DNA of 64,000 nt from the human T2T-CHM13v2.0 reference genome, Homo sapiens, in assembly GCF_009914755.1 (NCBI RefSeq), contig NC_060932.1; one strand, given 5' to 3'. Made by a program: the position numbers and the translations under genes. The first letter of the stretch is position 1. Each line of letters starts with the position of its first letter. This document shows, piece after piece, positions 1 to 15,823 of this stretch. The notes beneath the pieces were generated by a model that was given only the letters and a program-made list of their open reading frames with translations, was not told the origin of the DNA and made no database searches.

Positions 1-240
1 GAGTTCAAGACCAGCCTGGGAAACATATGAAGACCTTGTCTCTACAAAAAATTTTAAGTATTAGCTGGGCATGGTGACATGCACCTGTGGTCCCAGCTAC
101 ATAAAAGGCTGAGGTGAAAGGATTACTTGAGCCCAGAAAACAGAGGCTACAGTGAGCCATGATCACAGCACCTACAGCCTGGCGACAGGACAAAGCCCTG
201 TCTCAAAAAAAAAAAAAAAAAAAACAAAAAAAAACAAAAC
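1..240 (+). mobile_element. AluJ-like (cut by window start)
   Basis: Alu motifs and A tail. Confidence 0.85.
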
Positions 241-292
241 CACAATCCTTTGTAAAAAGCACAGGTCTCATTAAAGAAAAAGTACAGATTTA

Positions 293-614
<322 letters not shown>

Positions 615-1765
615 CTATTGACAATAGGCCAGAAGACTGCAGATCAGACACTCTATGTACTTGTTGAGTAAACATTGTATCAGAGCACAGAACTAGTTTC
701 CTATGAGAAAGTAGAAATTGGGTTCAGATTCTAGGACTTCAACTTTATCCATAAAGCAATAACATTTACTAATTAGGGCAGATCTACAGAAATCTTGGGT
801 TGCCTCAAAAAGATTCAAGAAAACCCAGAGCTCTGCCTGGCTTTCTTCCACACACACGTAGGCAAGTCTCTTCACGATTCCAAACCCTCAGCCTCAGGGC
901 GCCCTACTGTGCAACAAGTCTGATTATCACCTCCCCATCACTGGGGTATGTGAGACAGCCCAAGTTTACATCTGTTGTCCTAGTACTTCCCTTCATCTCA
1001 AAAGTGATCTGGCTTGTGTAACAAATCTTATGGCCCACACCTTCACTAACCCAGCAGTCACTCCCAGCCAGCATTATAAACTGTTTGTGCTCTACTATGT
1101 GCCCAACCATTCTTGACACCAGATTCTTCTTTGCTTCCCCAGGGTTTCCTAAGCCTACTGGCAAAGAAGGTCCCTTTTCTTCCTCTGGGGTCACTAAAAT
1201 AGAAGGATACGAGTCCTAAAACACCAGCAACCATGATCCCAATCATTTGGAGAAAACTCATCTGAGACAGGAAACAATGTAATCAATTCAAAGAGAGAGC
1301 AGAGATAAGAGGAGATAATCCAGGCAATAATCTAATTCCCAGATCAGTTGTCCCCAAAAACCAATTCCATCCCTATCATTCCTTACAGTTTGGTCCTATG
1401 CACTAACAAATCGCCCTTTTTACTCAAGGGCTTCAGTCACTTGCAACCCCAGACCTAACATGCCCCTTACATGTTAATTTAGATTATATTTTATTTTCTG
1501 AGAAAGTCTATCAAAAGCCAGAAAAGAACCCAAGTCTAATATACCTAGTTTTAGAAACTCAGAATGAAAAGCTAATTCTTCCCTCTAAAACCACTGATAC
1601 ATTTTGCAGTCTAGATACTCAACTTTATAAAAAATCTTGAAAATAAGAACCCCAACTTTCAAGTTCCTACATTACCTTCTTTAATTCAATAGACTAGTAA
1701 ATGAGACCATTTTTTCTAGAAATGAGTATTCACAATGCTGATCGACAGTTAAAAATCACTACTTC

Positions 1766-2064
<299 letters not shown>

Positions 2065-2244
2065 GAATAAGAAACTCAGAACAAGTTTGTGGCAAGGAAA
2101 TATTGAGGCATACAGAGGATTATAAAAGCACAAATATCTTCCCAATTCCCTGGAGCCCAAAACTAACTTTAGGAAGAACAGAGGTGTGGGGAAAAAAAGA
2201 AGAGGAAAAAAAAAAAAAAAGAATAACAAAGAGGAAATCCAACC

Positions 2245-3530
2245 CCCTGAAAAAGATAGGCAAACTACTTGAAGAGACACTTCACCAAAGAAGATATGTA
2301 CATAAAACACATGAAAAGATGCTTCACACAACCAATCGTTAGGGAAATGCAAATTAAAATCACAATGAAATACCACTATCTATTAGAACGGCTTTTTAAA
2401 ATGACAATATCAAGTACCAGTGAGGAGTCTGAATAAATGAGATACTCATACATAGCTGGTAAGCATGCAAAACAGTACAGCCACTATGGAAAACAGCTTA
2501 GCAGTTTCTTATAAAAGTTAAACATACCATTACCATACAACCCAGCAACACACCTCCTAGGTATCTGCCCAAGTCAAATGAAAACCTAGAGTAGTAGACT
2601 GAAATCCCCCACAGACAGCTCATCCTAATCCTTCGAACCTGTAAAGGATAATTTTATTTGGGAAAAGGGTCTTCACAAGTGTGATTAAATTAAGAATTTT
2701 GAGATGGGGGGGTTATCCTGGATTATCTAAGCAGGCCATACATGTTGTGACAAGTGTCCCTAGAGAAGCAGAGGAACAGGTGACACACACACAAAGGAGA
2801 AGACATGATGTGAAGAGGCAGAGATGGGAGTGATGCTGCTGCTGACCACAAGCCAAGAAATGCCAAGAGCCACCAGAAGCTCAGAATGCCTGCAGGGGCA
2901 ATGTGTCCCTGCCAACACTTTGAGTTCAGTCCAGAAATACTAATTTCAGACTTCCGACCCTCAGGATAGTGAGGGAATAAATTTCTGCTGTTTTAAAGCT
3001 ATCCAGTTTCGCAATTTTTTACAGCAGCCACAGGAAACTACCGTACTATATTCACACAAAAACCTATATATGAATGTTTATAGAAAGCTTATTCATAATT
3101 GCCAAAAACTGAAACCAAATGTCCCTCAATAGGGGAAGAGATAAACAAACTATGGTGTACCTACCACACCATGGAGTACTACTCAGCAACAAAAAGGAAC
3201 AAACTATTGACAACTACATGGATGAATCCCAAATGCATGATGCCAAATGAAATAAGCCAAACTTAAAAAACTATACTTGATTCCATTTATATGACAGTCT
3301 GGAAAATGTAATATTATAGGGAGAATAATAGCTCAGTGGTTTGCCAGGGTTGGGGGAGGGTGATGACTACAAAAGTCAAGTTTTTTTTTTTTTTTAGTGG
3401 ATAATGGATCTTTCCTATATCTTGATTGTGGTGATTGGTTATATAACTCTATCCATTTATCAAAACTCATAAAAGTAGACACAGAAAAGAATGCATTATT
3501 GCATGTAAATTTATAGATAAATAAATATAG
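2245..3530 (+). mobile_element. Old L1M 3' fragment split by MLT1
   Basis: AGGGAAATGCAAATTAAAATCACAATGAAATACC and GATTCCATTTATATGA L1 3' motifs. Confidence 0.8.
2590..3045 (+). mobile_element. MLT1 (ERVL-MaLR) solo LTR
   Basis: GAGATGGG..TTATCCTGGATTATC, CCACAAGCCAAG, AATAAATTTCTG..TTTTAAAGC, ACAGCAGCCACAGGAAACTA. Confidence 0.8.
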
Positions 3531-3571
3531 CAATACAGAGGGAGGTGGCTCTGTCATTTTTCTTTCTTTCT

Positions 3572-3841
<270 letters not shown>

Positions 3842-4181
3842 TTGGCTCTGCTTTTTTTCAATTACAAATGCTCATGCACACATATGTATGGTCACTTCTG
3901 TATTCATCAGCATTTAAACACAATATATGGGGTTCCTTGCTCCTATCCTAACCAAGATTAATGGTCCTTCTATAATTTTCATTCAAAACTGTCCTTGATA
4001 TTTACTTATTTATTAACCTATTTTATCTAAACAGAGGGTGGTTTACTTTCTAAAAAGATCACTCCACTGACTGCAGATTTAAAGGGACAAGAACAGAAGC
4101 AAGGAGTTCAATTAGGAGGCAAGAACAATGACTTAGTCAAGAGGGAAGTAAAAAGTGCTAGATTCTGGATATACAACAGAG

Positions 4182-4493
4182 CAGGGTTTGGCAAACTGTT
4201 TGTAAAGACCAGACAGTAAATATATTCAGTTCTGAGGTCACAGGGTCTCTGTTAAAACCACTCAAGTCTGCCGCGGTACCGTGAAAGAAGCCTTGGACAA
4301 CACAGAAACGAAAACAAGTGTGGCTGTGCTCCAATACAACTTTACTTATGGACACTGAAATCTGAATTACATATGATTTGCATGTGTTTGAAATATTATT
4401 TTAATATTTTTCAACCATTTAGAATTGTTAAAAAAAAAACATTTTTAGCTCATGAACTATAAAGAGGTGGGGGCCATAATTTGCTAACCCCTG
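4182..4493. mobile_element. MER58B (hAT-Charlie)
   Basis: Terminal inverted repeats CAGGGTTTGGCAAA / TTTGCTAACCCCTG and GGCTGTGCTCCAATACAACTTTA core. Confidence 0.75.
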
Positions 4494-5133
4494 TTCTAAG
4501 GGGCAGAGCCAAAAGGATTTGCTACTGTACTAGACGTGATGTGTGAGAAAAGAGATGCCAGATATGCTATTAAAGTTAACTATGCTTTTGCTACAGTTAA
4601 TTTTCATACCAAACTGTTCCATACACAGTACAAAGCAAAAGAATTTCTGGGCCATACTCTGTAATCAGCTATTATAAGCCATTCACAATCATCTATACCC
4701 ATACTATATATATCCAAGGCCAAACTCCACAGAAAAATCAATTGAAGATAAAATACCAGTTAAATGAACCACATTTTTGGCTTGAGATCAAGAGGCTATG
4801 CTCTCTTTTAAAACACACACGCAGAAATGCCTCAGGCAACCAGTTTCTTAAAACACATAGATAATTAAGTCAACAAATATACCTTCAATCCACTGTATGA
4901 TCAATAAGGGGCAGCAGGTTACAGCAATAAGACAAGGACAGATCGGGGGGCTAAAGAGAAGCAAGGAAAATAAGAAAACAGAAAAAGATTAAATGGGGCT
5001 CGGAGGACAGCATATTAGCACTTTTTTAATAAATAAAGGAAGAAATTCAGAGATATTACTCAACTAGAATAAGTGACCTCATATACAAGGGAGGTAGAAA
5101 CTGAAGTAGAAGCTGGAGCAGTATGTGATCCAA

Positions 5134-5240
5134 TGAAATACTTCGGTACATGCAGTTATTACATGTAGTTACAGGTTCAGGATTACTTGAAATACTTCGG
5201 TACATGCAGTTATTAAATGTAGTTACAGGTTCAGGATTAC
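5134..5240. repeat. Tandem duplication, 54-bp unit x2
   Basis: TGAAATACTTCGGTACATGCAGTTATTA(C/A)ATGTAGTTACAGGTTCAGGATTAC at 5134 and 5188. Confidence 0.95.
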
Positions 5241-7554
5241 GCTAGGAAAGGATAGATTATGGGTTCAGTTCTCTAAGGAGCTGAGAAATCACTGTCCATA
5301 ACTGTTCAACTACTCCTCATCTTTAAGCCTCCAGAAACACTATTTCAAATGGGATAACCAGTGCATGAAGGGAGATAGTAAGGCAGAAGAGAGGAGAACA
5401 ATATAACAGAGTAGGCTATAATGTCAAAGTCAGAGGTTGTCTGCCAATGTTATCCACAAAAACTTCTCAAAGCTCACAAGTAATATGTCCAATGTGGTCT
5501 CATGCCCCTTCTGTGCTAAAAAGAATCCGGACTACCAAGCTGGCAGCCCTATGCTACAGTAAGCAGAGTTGCAATCTATAGCCAGATCCCTTCAACATGG
5601 ATGAGCTGGGGGGAAAGCAGAACTAGGAAGCCAAGAGGACAGACAGATAAGGAGGTAACTATGCAAACAACTTTCCAGATACCACGACAGCACTTAAAAG
5701 CAGATCCTATACAAAGTCTTTCTTGCCTTAAGTTCAGAATACAAATTACTGCCACTCATAAAACAGCATTTGCCTGTGGGCAATACAAAGATGTAAGAGA
5801 CACTGAACACTTACCTTCAAGGCGCTTACAAATTAGTGATCTAGAAAGCTTTTGCTGCCAAACCACAACCTCCTATACAGTCGTATAAATTTCAATGTAT
5901 AGATAAATTTCAACTCCTGGCATATGTACTATTCTATCCTTTCAGCAGAGAAACAGGTAATAAAGGGTGAGCTAAATATGTATGTTGAAGGATATTTTTC
6001 ATTTGAAAATTTAGGTTTTCAAAAAGCATTTTGATTTCATAATTTTGTAGTAACCATCTTTTTGTCCCATGCAATGCTATGAACAACTGAGCTGAACATC
6101 AATTTATCTATTCCTACTGCAATAAGCCAAAACAGCCAAAAAATCTGACGTTCACACAGGGATTTAAAAATAGCAAAGTTTGCTCATGCATATAGACACA
6201 CTCTAGACATAGACTTTTCCAATTGAAACAGACTAGCTCATTTTTCCCCTTGAAGTAACTCCCACAGACATTTTAATGCAAATGCAGATGAGGCAAAGAC
6301 TCTTAACTCCCATTAAATAACCAAAAGGCAAGGTACCAGGACATCAGAGCCCCAGAAACTGCACGTTAACAGCAGTGCTTCCCAAACAGGTCTTAAGGGA
6401 GGCAAGAGATGAGGGAAGGGAGGTTGTCCTCCCTTACACAAATAAGTTAAGTTAGCAAAGTTAAACAGGTGTAGAGGTGGGAATTCCACAGTTCCTTCGC
6501 TATGTTTATGTGAAATATGAATATGTACCATTTGCTATGCTTATTCTGCCTTGGAATCCACTGTTCTCTGAACACATTCAGGAACTGCGTGCCAAGGAAG
6601 CAATTTGAGAAACACAACTCTCTTCTTACTGTTTTAAAATTACTATTAAATGCAGGCAATATAAAAATTAATAGCAAAGTTCATTTCAATTAGTTAAACC
6701 TTTCCCTTATAACAAATTTGCACACAATGTATATTCTAACAGTTGTTTTCAAAATAATATATTTATATTTGGTATATCCAAGGATATTTGTATAATCATA
6801 TTTGAAAAACCATCATGAAGTACACAAAACACTTAACATGTCCACATAAACATAAAACAGGTTGAGAGATTAACAGTTGTAAATACAAAAGTCAAACTGT
6901 AATATCCATAAAATAAGGGTCAAAGAGAACTGTAATGTGAGAACAACTAAATCTACTGTTTAAAAAAGGGGGACATATATGATACAGAGATATACAAGTA
7001 GATGGCTTTACTATAAAGAGAGGAGGGAGATAGAAGAAATTTTTCTCCAAGGGTAGCACTTACAGGTCAAAACTTTGTTCTTAATTAGAAAAATAAAATT
7101 TTATCAGCCTTCACATTTTTAAAGATACTAAAAACTTAACAAACACAGTTTTTCAAAATATATTTTATATATTACTAAACTATCCAAATGACTCTGGATC
7201 TCTGAGGGATGCAAAAAAAAATTAGCACTACATACACTTTTATTTTCCCCAAATTTTTATCAATATCTCTTCAATAGTTTAAGCCACTACTTCAATAAAA
7301 AGATACTCTCAACACTTGTTTAGATACTTGATAGAGACTACTTATTAGTTTTCTAATAAATATATAAAAAATTTAAAAGACTGTATGCTGTGAAAATAAG
7401 GAAGCTGTCAGCCTTACAGTGGACTCATCTGAGGACAGATTATCTATGTATCTCTATCACTGGCACATAGTAATAAGCACTCCACTAATTTAAAGGGTTA
7501 CTGAATGAATCCCCCGCACGTTGTCAGGTTGACAGCATTGAGATAGTAGAAGTC

Positions 7555-7830
7555 TGGGCTATTCATTCATTTGTTCAATTAATATTTCAAACCACTATGA
7601 GCCAGGCCCCTTGAGAGACACTGAAAAATAAACAAAAAAGCAGCCTTTGCCTTTAATTCTAGTAGGACAGGCAGATAAATGAACAGACTATCATAATACA
7701 GGGAGAAAAACGTCATAGTATCAGTATGCCTAATGGACCATGAGAATATATTTGTTTATAAAGGAAGGGAGTCATGGCACCAAAGCAGAGAGGTAGTAGT
7801 GGGTAAGTCAAAGAGGCTTAAAAGATGAAT
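7555..7830 (-). mobile_element. L2 3' end
   Basis: ATTCATTCATTTGTTCAATTAATATTT...CTATGAGCCAGGC. Confidence 0.5.
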
Positions 7831-8516
7831 ATTCGCTATTTTTGTTTTTGTTTGTTGGGGTGGGGGGATCTAAAGGAATGAATTTGCAGACAGAAATATA
7901 TGTATAAAAATGTTAAGACAGTGTGGTGCCAACAAGGGACTACAGTGTGCTGGAAGGCAGAGGGTTAAGAAGAGCATGGCAAGAGATGAAGTTGCAATAA
8001 AGGCAAGGAAGCCCGAACCTTGTCCAAAAGACAATAGAAACCCACTCCACTTGCACTTGAGGATTCTGAACACTGGGAGGACATATTTTAGAGATAGCAC
8101 TCAGACAAAAGTAGAGAGGGAAGCTCTCAAAGTACAGAGCTAGAGTCTGCTAAATAATAAGCTCCACGAGGGCAGGGAGGTTGATCCATCTGTTTACTGC
8201 TGAACTCACCGCACTTAGAAGTACCTATCATGTGTCACCACTTATTTATTGAATGACTAAAGGGAAACCATCTGAAAGACAACTACAATAACCCAAGAAA
8301 GAAAAGACGAGGGCATGAACCAAGGCAAAATGAGACAGATATAGGAGGCATGACTAAAGCTGCCAAAGAGCAATTACTTTATATTTTTTGCTTGTCAGTA
8401 TTTAATGTCACCTTTCCTTTCTACTAATACAACTCAAAGAGACTAACAGTATTGTAAATTCTAAGCTCTGTAAAGAAATTCCAAGTTAGTTTAACTACAG
8501 AGCTACAAAAATGTCA

Positions 8517-8891
<375 letters not shown>

Positions 8892-8927
8892 TTAAGGCCA
8901 GAAAATTATATGTATCAACACTTCCTA

Positions 8928-9265
<338 letters not shown>

Positions 9266-9590
9266 CATGTAGAACAAGTTGTTCGGTGCTTAAACTGAAA
9301 CGGATGAATTTAACTTAAATTCCTAACCAAGAGGCAACAGCATCTGGTTAATCAATGAATGTTAGAGAATAAATTCTCCACACAAAAAGGCAACATATCA
9401 GCATTTAGGGAAAGTCATTTGATCTCATCTGTAAAAATAAGGGTTTGAATTTAAAGAAGTCCTAAGACTTTTAGTTCTACAACTAAATGATATTTTTACC
9501 TGTTTGAGATACCTCTATTGAGAGGCCTTACATTGGTTTGCATGTTATTTTGAAAGTGTTCCTCTTTATTTTTATATACAACTCCAAGAA

Positions 9591-9730
9591 AATTTTAAGA
9601 TTCTTATGTGCCAGGAACATTTTTTTCCTCAATTTCCTTCAGTACATTAGTATATTGCTCAATTTTAAGATTCTTATGTGCCAGGAACATTTTTTTCCTC
9701 AGTTTCCTTCAGTACATTAGTAAACTGCTC
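9591..9730. repeat. Tandem duplication, 70-bp unit x2
   Basis: Units start at 9591 and 9661; 3 mismatches. Confidence 0.95.
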
Positions 9731-10439
9731 TGCAGGCAGGTCAGAAGAGAAGAAAAGTAACATCTATAGAAGGCTCACTATTTTCTAGTGCTATACTAGT
9801 TGCTATCAAATATAGTGTGTTTTTTATAATTTTCAAAAGTATGTTGCAGTATCATTATCCCATGAAGAAACTGAGGGCAAAGAGGTTAACTACTCTGCCA
9901 AATTCACACGAGTTAAGTGATGAAACCAAAAGGTAAACTCCAGAGCCCAAATTATATTCATTACCCTAAATGATGGTAACTGATTGAGTATCCAGGGATG
10001 TCCTCTTCTGGTCTGGGGATTACACAGTTTTCAATATTGTCCAGAAAAAGCAATTTACAGATATGCTTCACTGCATACCTATACTCAAATTCTATAACTC
10101 CTTCTATATATCATGGTTTCTTTCCCCCATATAATAGAAGGGAAAAATGGGCATTTGTGCAGCTCTTTAGGAGTTCTAACTAAAGTTCCAAGCAATAGAC
10201 CTTAACCCTTTTTTTTCCTCCAATGATATACAAGACAAATGACAATCACATGTATAATATATTCTCAGGGGTATCCTTAGGTATATAAACAACTAATGTT
10301 CCAAGATAGCATATTCAAATGCAAATGAATCAGTGATGCAGTGATGTTATCAATGTAATTACCTTCTTTTTTTAAATAAATCATTCCTTTAAACTATTTT
10401 CATATCTTATAAGTGAAGAGTGATATGCTGCCAATCTAG

Positions 10440-10628
10440 AACTATAGCCTGCAAGCCAAATCCAGTCTACCACCTGGTTTTGTAAATAAAGTCTTTCTGG
10501 AACACACAATCATTTACATGTTACCTGGTTCGCAGACTTGAGTAATCAGCAGAGACTGTATGGCCCGCAAAGCCTAAAATATTTACTACCCTGCCTTTTA
10601 TTTACAGAAAGAGTTTGCCAACAACCAT
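10440..10628. mobile_element. MER58A-like
   Basis: TTTTGTAAATAAAGT..TGGAACACA; TGGCCCGCAAAGCCTAAAATATTTACT; AGTTTGCCAAC. Confidence 0.7.
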
Positions 10629-11957
10629 TCTAGACTGATATCCAATGAATATCCCCCATTCTACGTCTATTGGGAACCTAGATGTCACGGTATCAGATAA
10701 ACTAGGTTCACTGTCTTCATAAATCTGTCAAAAAGCAATTTTTGTGCTTAAGATTATCAGCTCCCTGGACTTTCCCATCACCAGTTACATATACTTTGTT
10801 GTTATTTCTTTGGCTTCCCCACTTGCCTGACAGCAGACTATCTACCCAGCATCCCTAGTAACCCCAGTACCTAGCATAGTGCCAGGGACATAGACGTTCA
10901 GCAGAAATCTGCTGAATGAATGTCTGAAAATAAGCATATGATTTAAGATAATTACTCAAGAGTAAAAGATGGGTTAGTGCTACAGAAACGTGCTACTCAA
11001 AACTGTGTTTTGTGCAGCACTGTAATACTGGGGAGCTTTTTAAAAATGCAAAATCTCAGACCTCACCAAAAATCTGGAACTTCATTTTAGCAAAATCCCC
11101 AAAGGAAAACTTGAGAAGCAGTGCTATACAACACAGTGCTTAATTACATTACAGTCACTAGTTTCATTCCTAATATGAACCAGGCCACTTTGCATGGGGA
11201 AAAAACAGCTCTGTAACGTGATCCTTACCCTAATCTTGAGCTTTCAAGATATAAAATAAAGACTTATTTTAACAACTTAACAATGGGGGGGGTACTCTGC
11301 TTGTTGTTGTTGTTGTTGTTTTTTATGAGGAAGTTTGCTGTCCTTGTTACTGTTCTTTTATTGAGGAAAGAGAGATATACTGTTACTTCCAAATAGGGCC
11401 AAACTGAGGGGGAATAGGAATATTGTTTAAATATTTTGCCTTTCCCAAAGGAATATGATCCAAAAAATCCATCCTAATTTAAATAGATTATAAAACGTGA
11501 CAAATGGTTTTATGTTATCTGTCTACTTCTATGTCATATTAAAATTTATGTGTTCATGAAAATTTCAAATGGTCTTAAAATGTGATGGCAATATTTTGTG
11601 AGTTAACAAACTGATACTTTGTTTTGTCTTGTTTTACTGGAGAAAAGAGAAGGAAGTCAGCACTATTTCTTGCTCTCTATTTTTGAAACAGGCTAAAAAA
11701 CCACTGCAACAATGACATGATCAGGCTAAACACAATCTTTAAAAAGGTAAGGTTGCTTTATGAATTTTGTAATTTAGGTACTATTATAATACTATCCCTC
11801 TTTTACAGAAAAGGAAACTGAAGCTCATGGAGAATTAAGTAATTTAAAGATCAAATAACAAGTAAATGGTGAGACTGGAATCTCTGCTCTTAATACTCTT
11901 AACTCAAGTCCTAAACTAATGAGAATTTGTGTTGTAAAAAACTCAGGGAGTACTTTA

Positions 11958-12259
<302 letters not shown>

Positions 12260-13206
12260 TCAGTTAATACTTTTAATTATTGCACAAGTTTAACAATTTC
12301 AGTTTATCTCAACTCCAAGTGTGTATTTTTCTCTTTTAATGACTCTACCAGCATCTACATTCTAATATACTACGGCAAATCGTTTGACCTCTATGAGCCT
12401 TCAACACAGACAATCTTCTTTAAAGAGTTGCTGTGATCTAAATATAATACCTAGCATATAATATGTATTCAAAATTATACAGGTTTTCAAATACAGGTAC
12501 TACATAATGGGCACTTAAAAAGACTGACAAACCTATCAGTATCAAACCTGATACTGTATCAGGTTTGTAAAATACTGTACGTAAAAAGTTACACTGTGGT
12601 AAGGTTAACAGAAATCTATCAGGTCACTGCTTTCAAATCAGACCCAGCAAAAAAACCTAGATATTTCTAAAGCAACATAGTAACAGTTTAAAAAAAAAAT
12701 TTGATTACCTCTAAGAACTGTACATTTTTTTTGGAAAATCAGGGTTAAAATAGCCTAACAGTACAAATACAAATTAGATGTTGTCTTTGGTCATTAGGCT
12801 GGAAGAGCAAACTCCCCTGTGAGTGAAAGCATGTAGTCAAAAGTGGGTAACGATTTTTCACTTGTCAGACTGCCAAAAATAAAAAAATTTACAGTGTGTT
12901 GCAAAGGGTATAGGGAAGCAGTTACTCTCACATACTGGTGATGACTCTCTATGGAGAAAAATACAGGAATATCAAAATTGTAACGCCATAACACTCTTTA
13001 ACCCAATAATTCCACTTCTAGGGACTTATAAGTGAAATGATATACAAATGAGGTTATTAATGCAGCACTATTTGTCATCACAAAAAAAATTAGAAACAAA
13101 TGTCCATTAACAAGGGGCTACATATAAAAATGTATAAATTATGATACACTCATACAATGAAACATTACTAAGCCTAATGTACTGATATGAAACATCCTTT
13201 AAGATA

Positions 13207-14622
<1,416 letters not shown>

Positions 14623-15512
14623 TAATTTTTAATATATTCATAATTGTACATCTTTATGAGGTACACGTGATATTTTGATACCTGCATACAATGCGTAATG
14701 ATCAAATCAGGGTATTTAGGATATCCATCACCTCAAACATTTATCATTTGTGTTGGTTAACACTTGAAATCTTCTAACTATTTTGAAATATGCAATATAT
14801 TGCTGTTAACTACAGTTACCCCACTAAGCAATGAAATTAGAACTTATTCCTTCTAACTGTATGTTTGTACCCATTAACCTCTCTTCATCCACCCCACCCC
14901 TCGCCCATCTCAGACTTTGGTAACTATCATTCTATTCTCTACCTCCATGAGTCAACTGTTTTTACTCCCACATATAAGTGAGAACGTGACAGCTGTCATT
15001 CTGTGGCTGGCTTATATCATTTAAAATAATGGCTTTCAGTTCCATCCGTGTTGCTGCAAATGATAGAGTTTCATTCTTTTTTGATAGCTGAGTAGTATTC
15101 CATGGTGTGTATATATACATATACATTTATAAAATTTTCTTTATCCATTTAACAACTCATAGATACTTAGGTTGATTCCATATCTTGGCTATTGTGAATG
15201 GTGTTGCAATAAATATGGGGGTATAAGTATCCCTTTGATATGCTGATTCTCCTTCCTTTAGATAAACACCTAATAGTGGAACTGCTGGATCATATGGCAA
15301 TTCTACTTTCAGTTTTTGAGAAATCTCCATACTGTTCTCCATAATGGCTGTACTAATTTACATTCTCACAACGATGTATAAGAGTTCCCTTTTCTCCCTA
15401 TCCTCACCAGCACTTATTTTTTGTCTTTTTGACAACAGCCATTCTAACAAGGTAGAATGGTATCTTATTATAGTTTTGATTTGTATTTCCCAGATGATTA
15501 GTGATGCTGAGG

Positions 15513-15823
<311 letters not shown>

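Noticed and set aside
5809-5817. Perfect minus-strand donor AAG|GTAAGT
   Set aside because: No convincing upstream acceptor; such sites occur by chance in a 38-kb intron.
6477-6490. NF-kB-like GGGAATTCC
   Set aside because: Single short motif with no supporting context.
10897-10916. Hairpin TTCAGCAGA-AA-TCTGCTGAA
   Set aside because: Corresponds to the ordinary L2 3'-end stem-loop.
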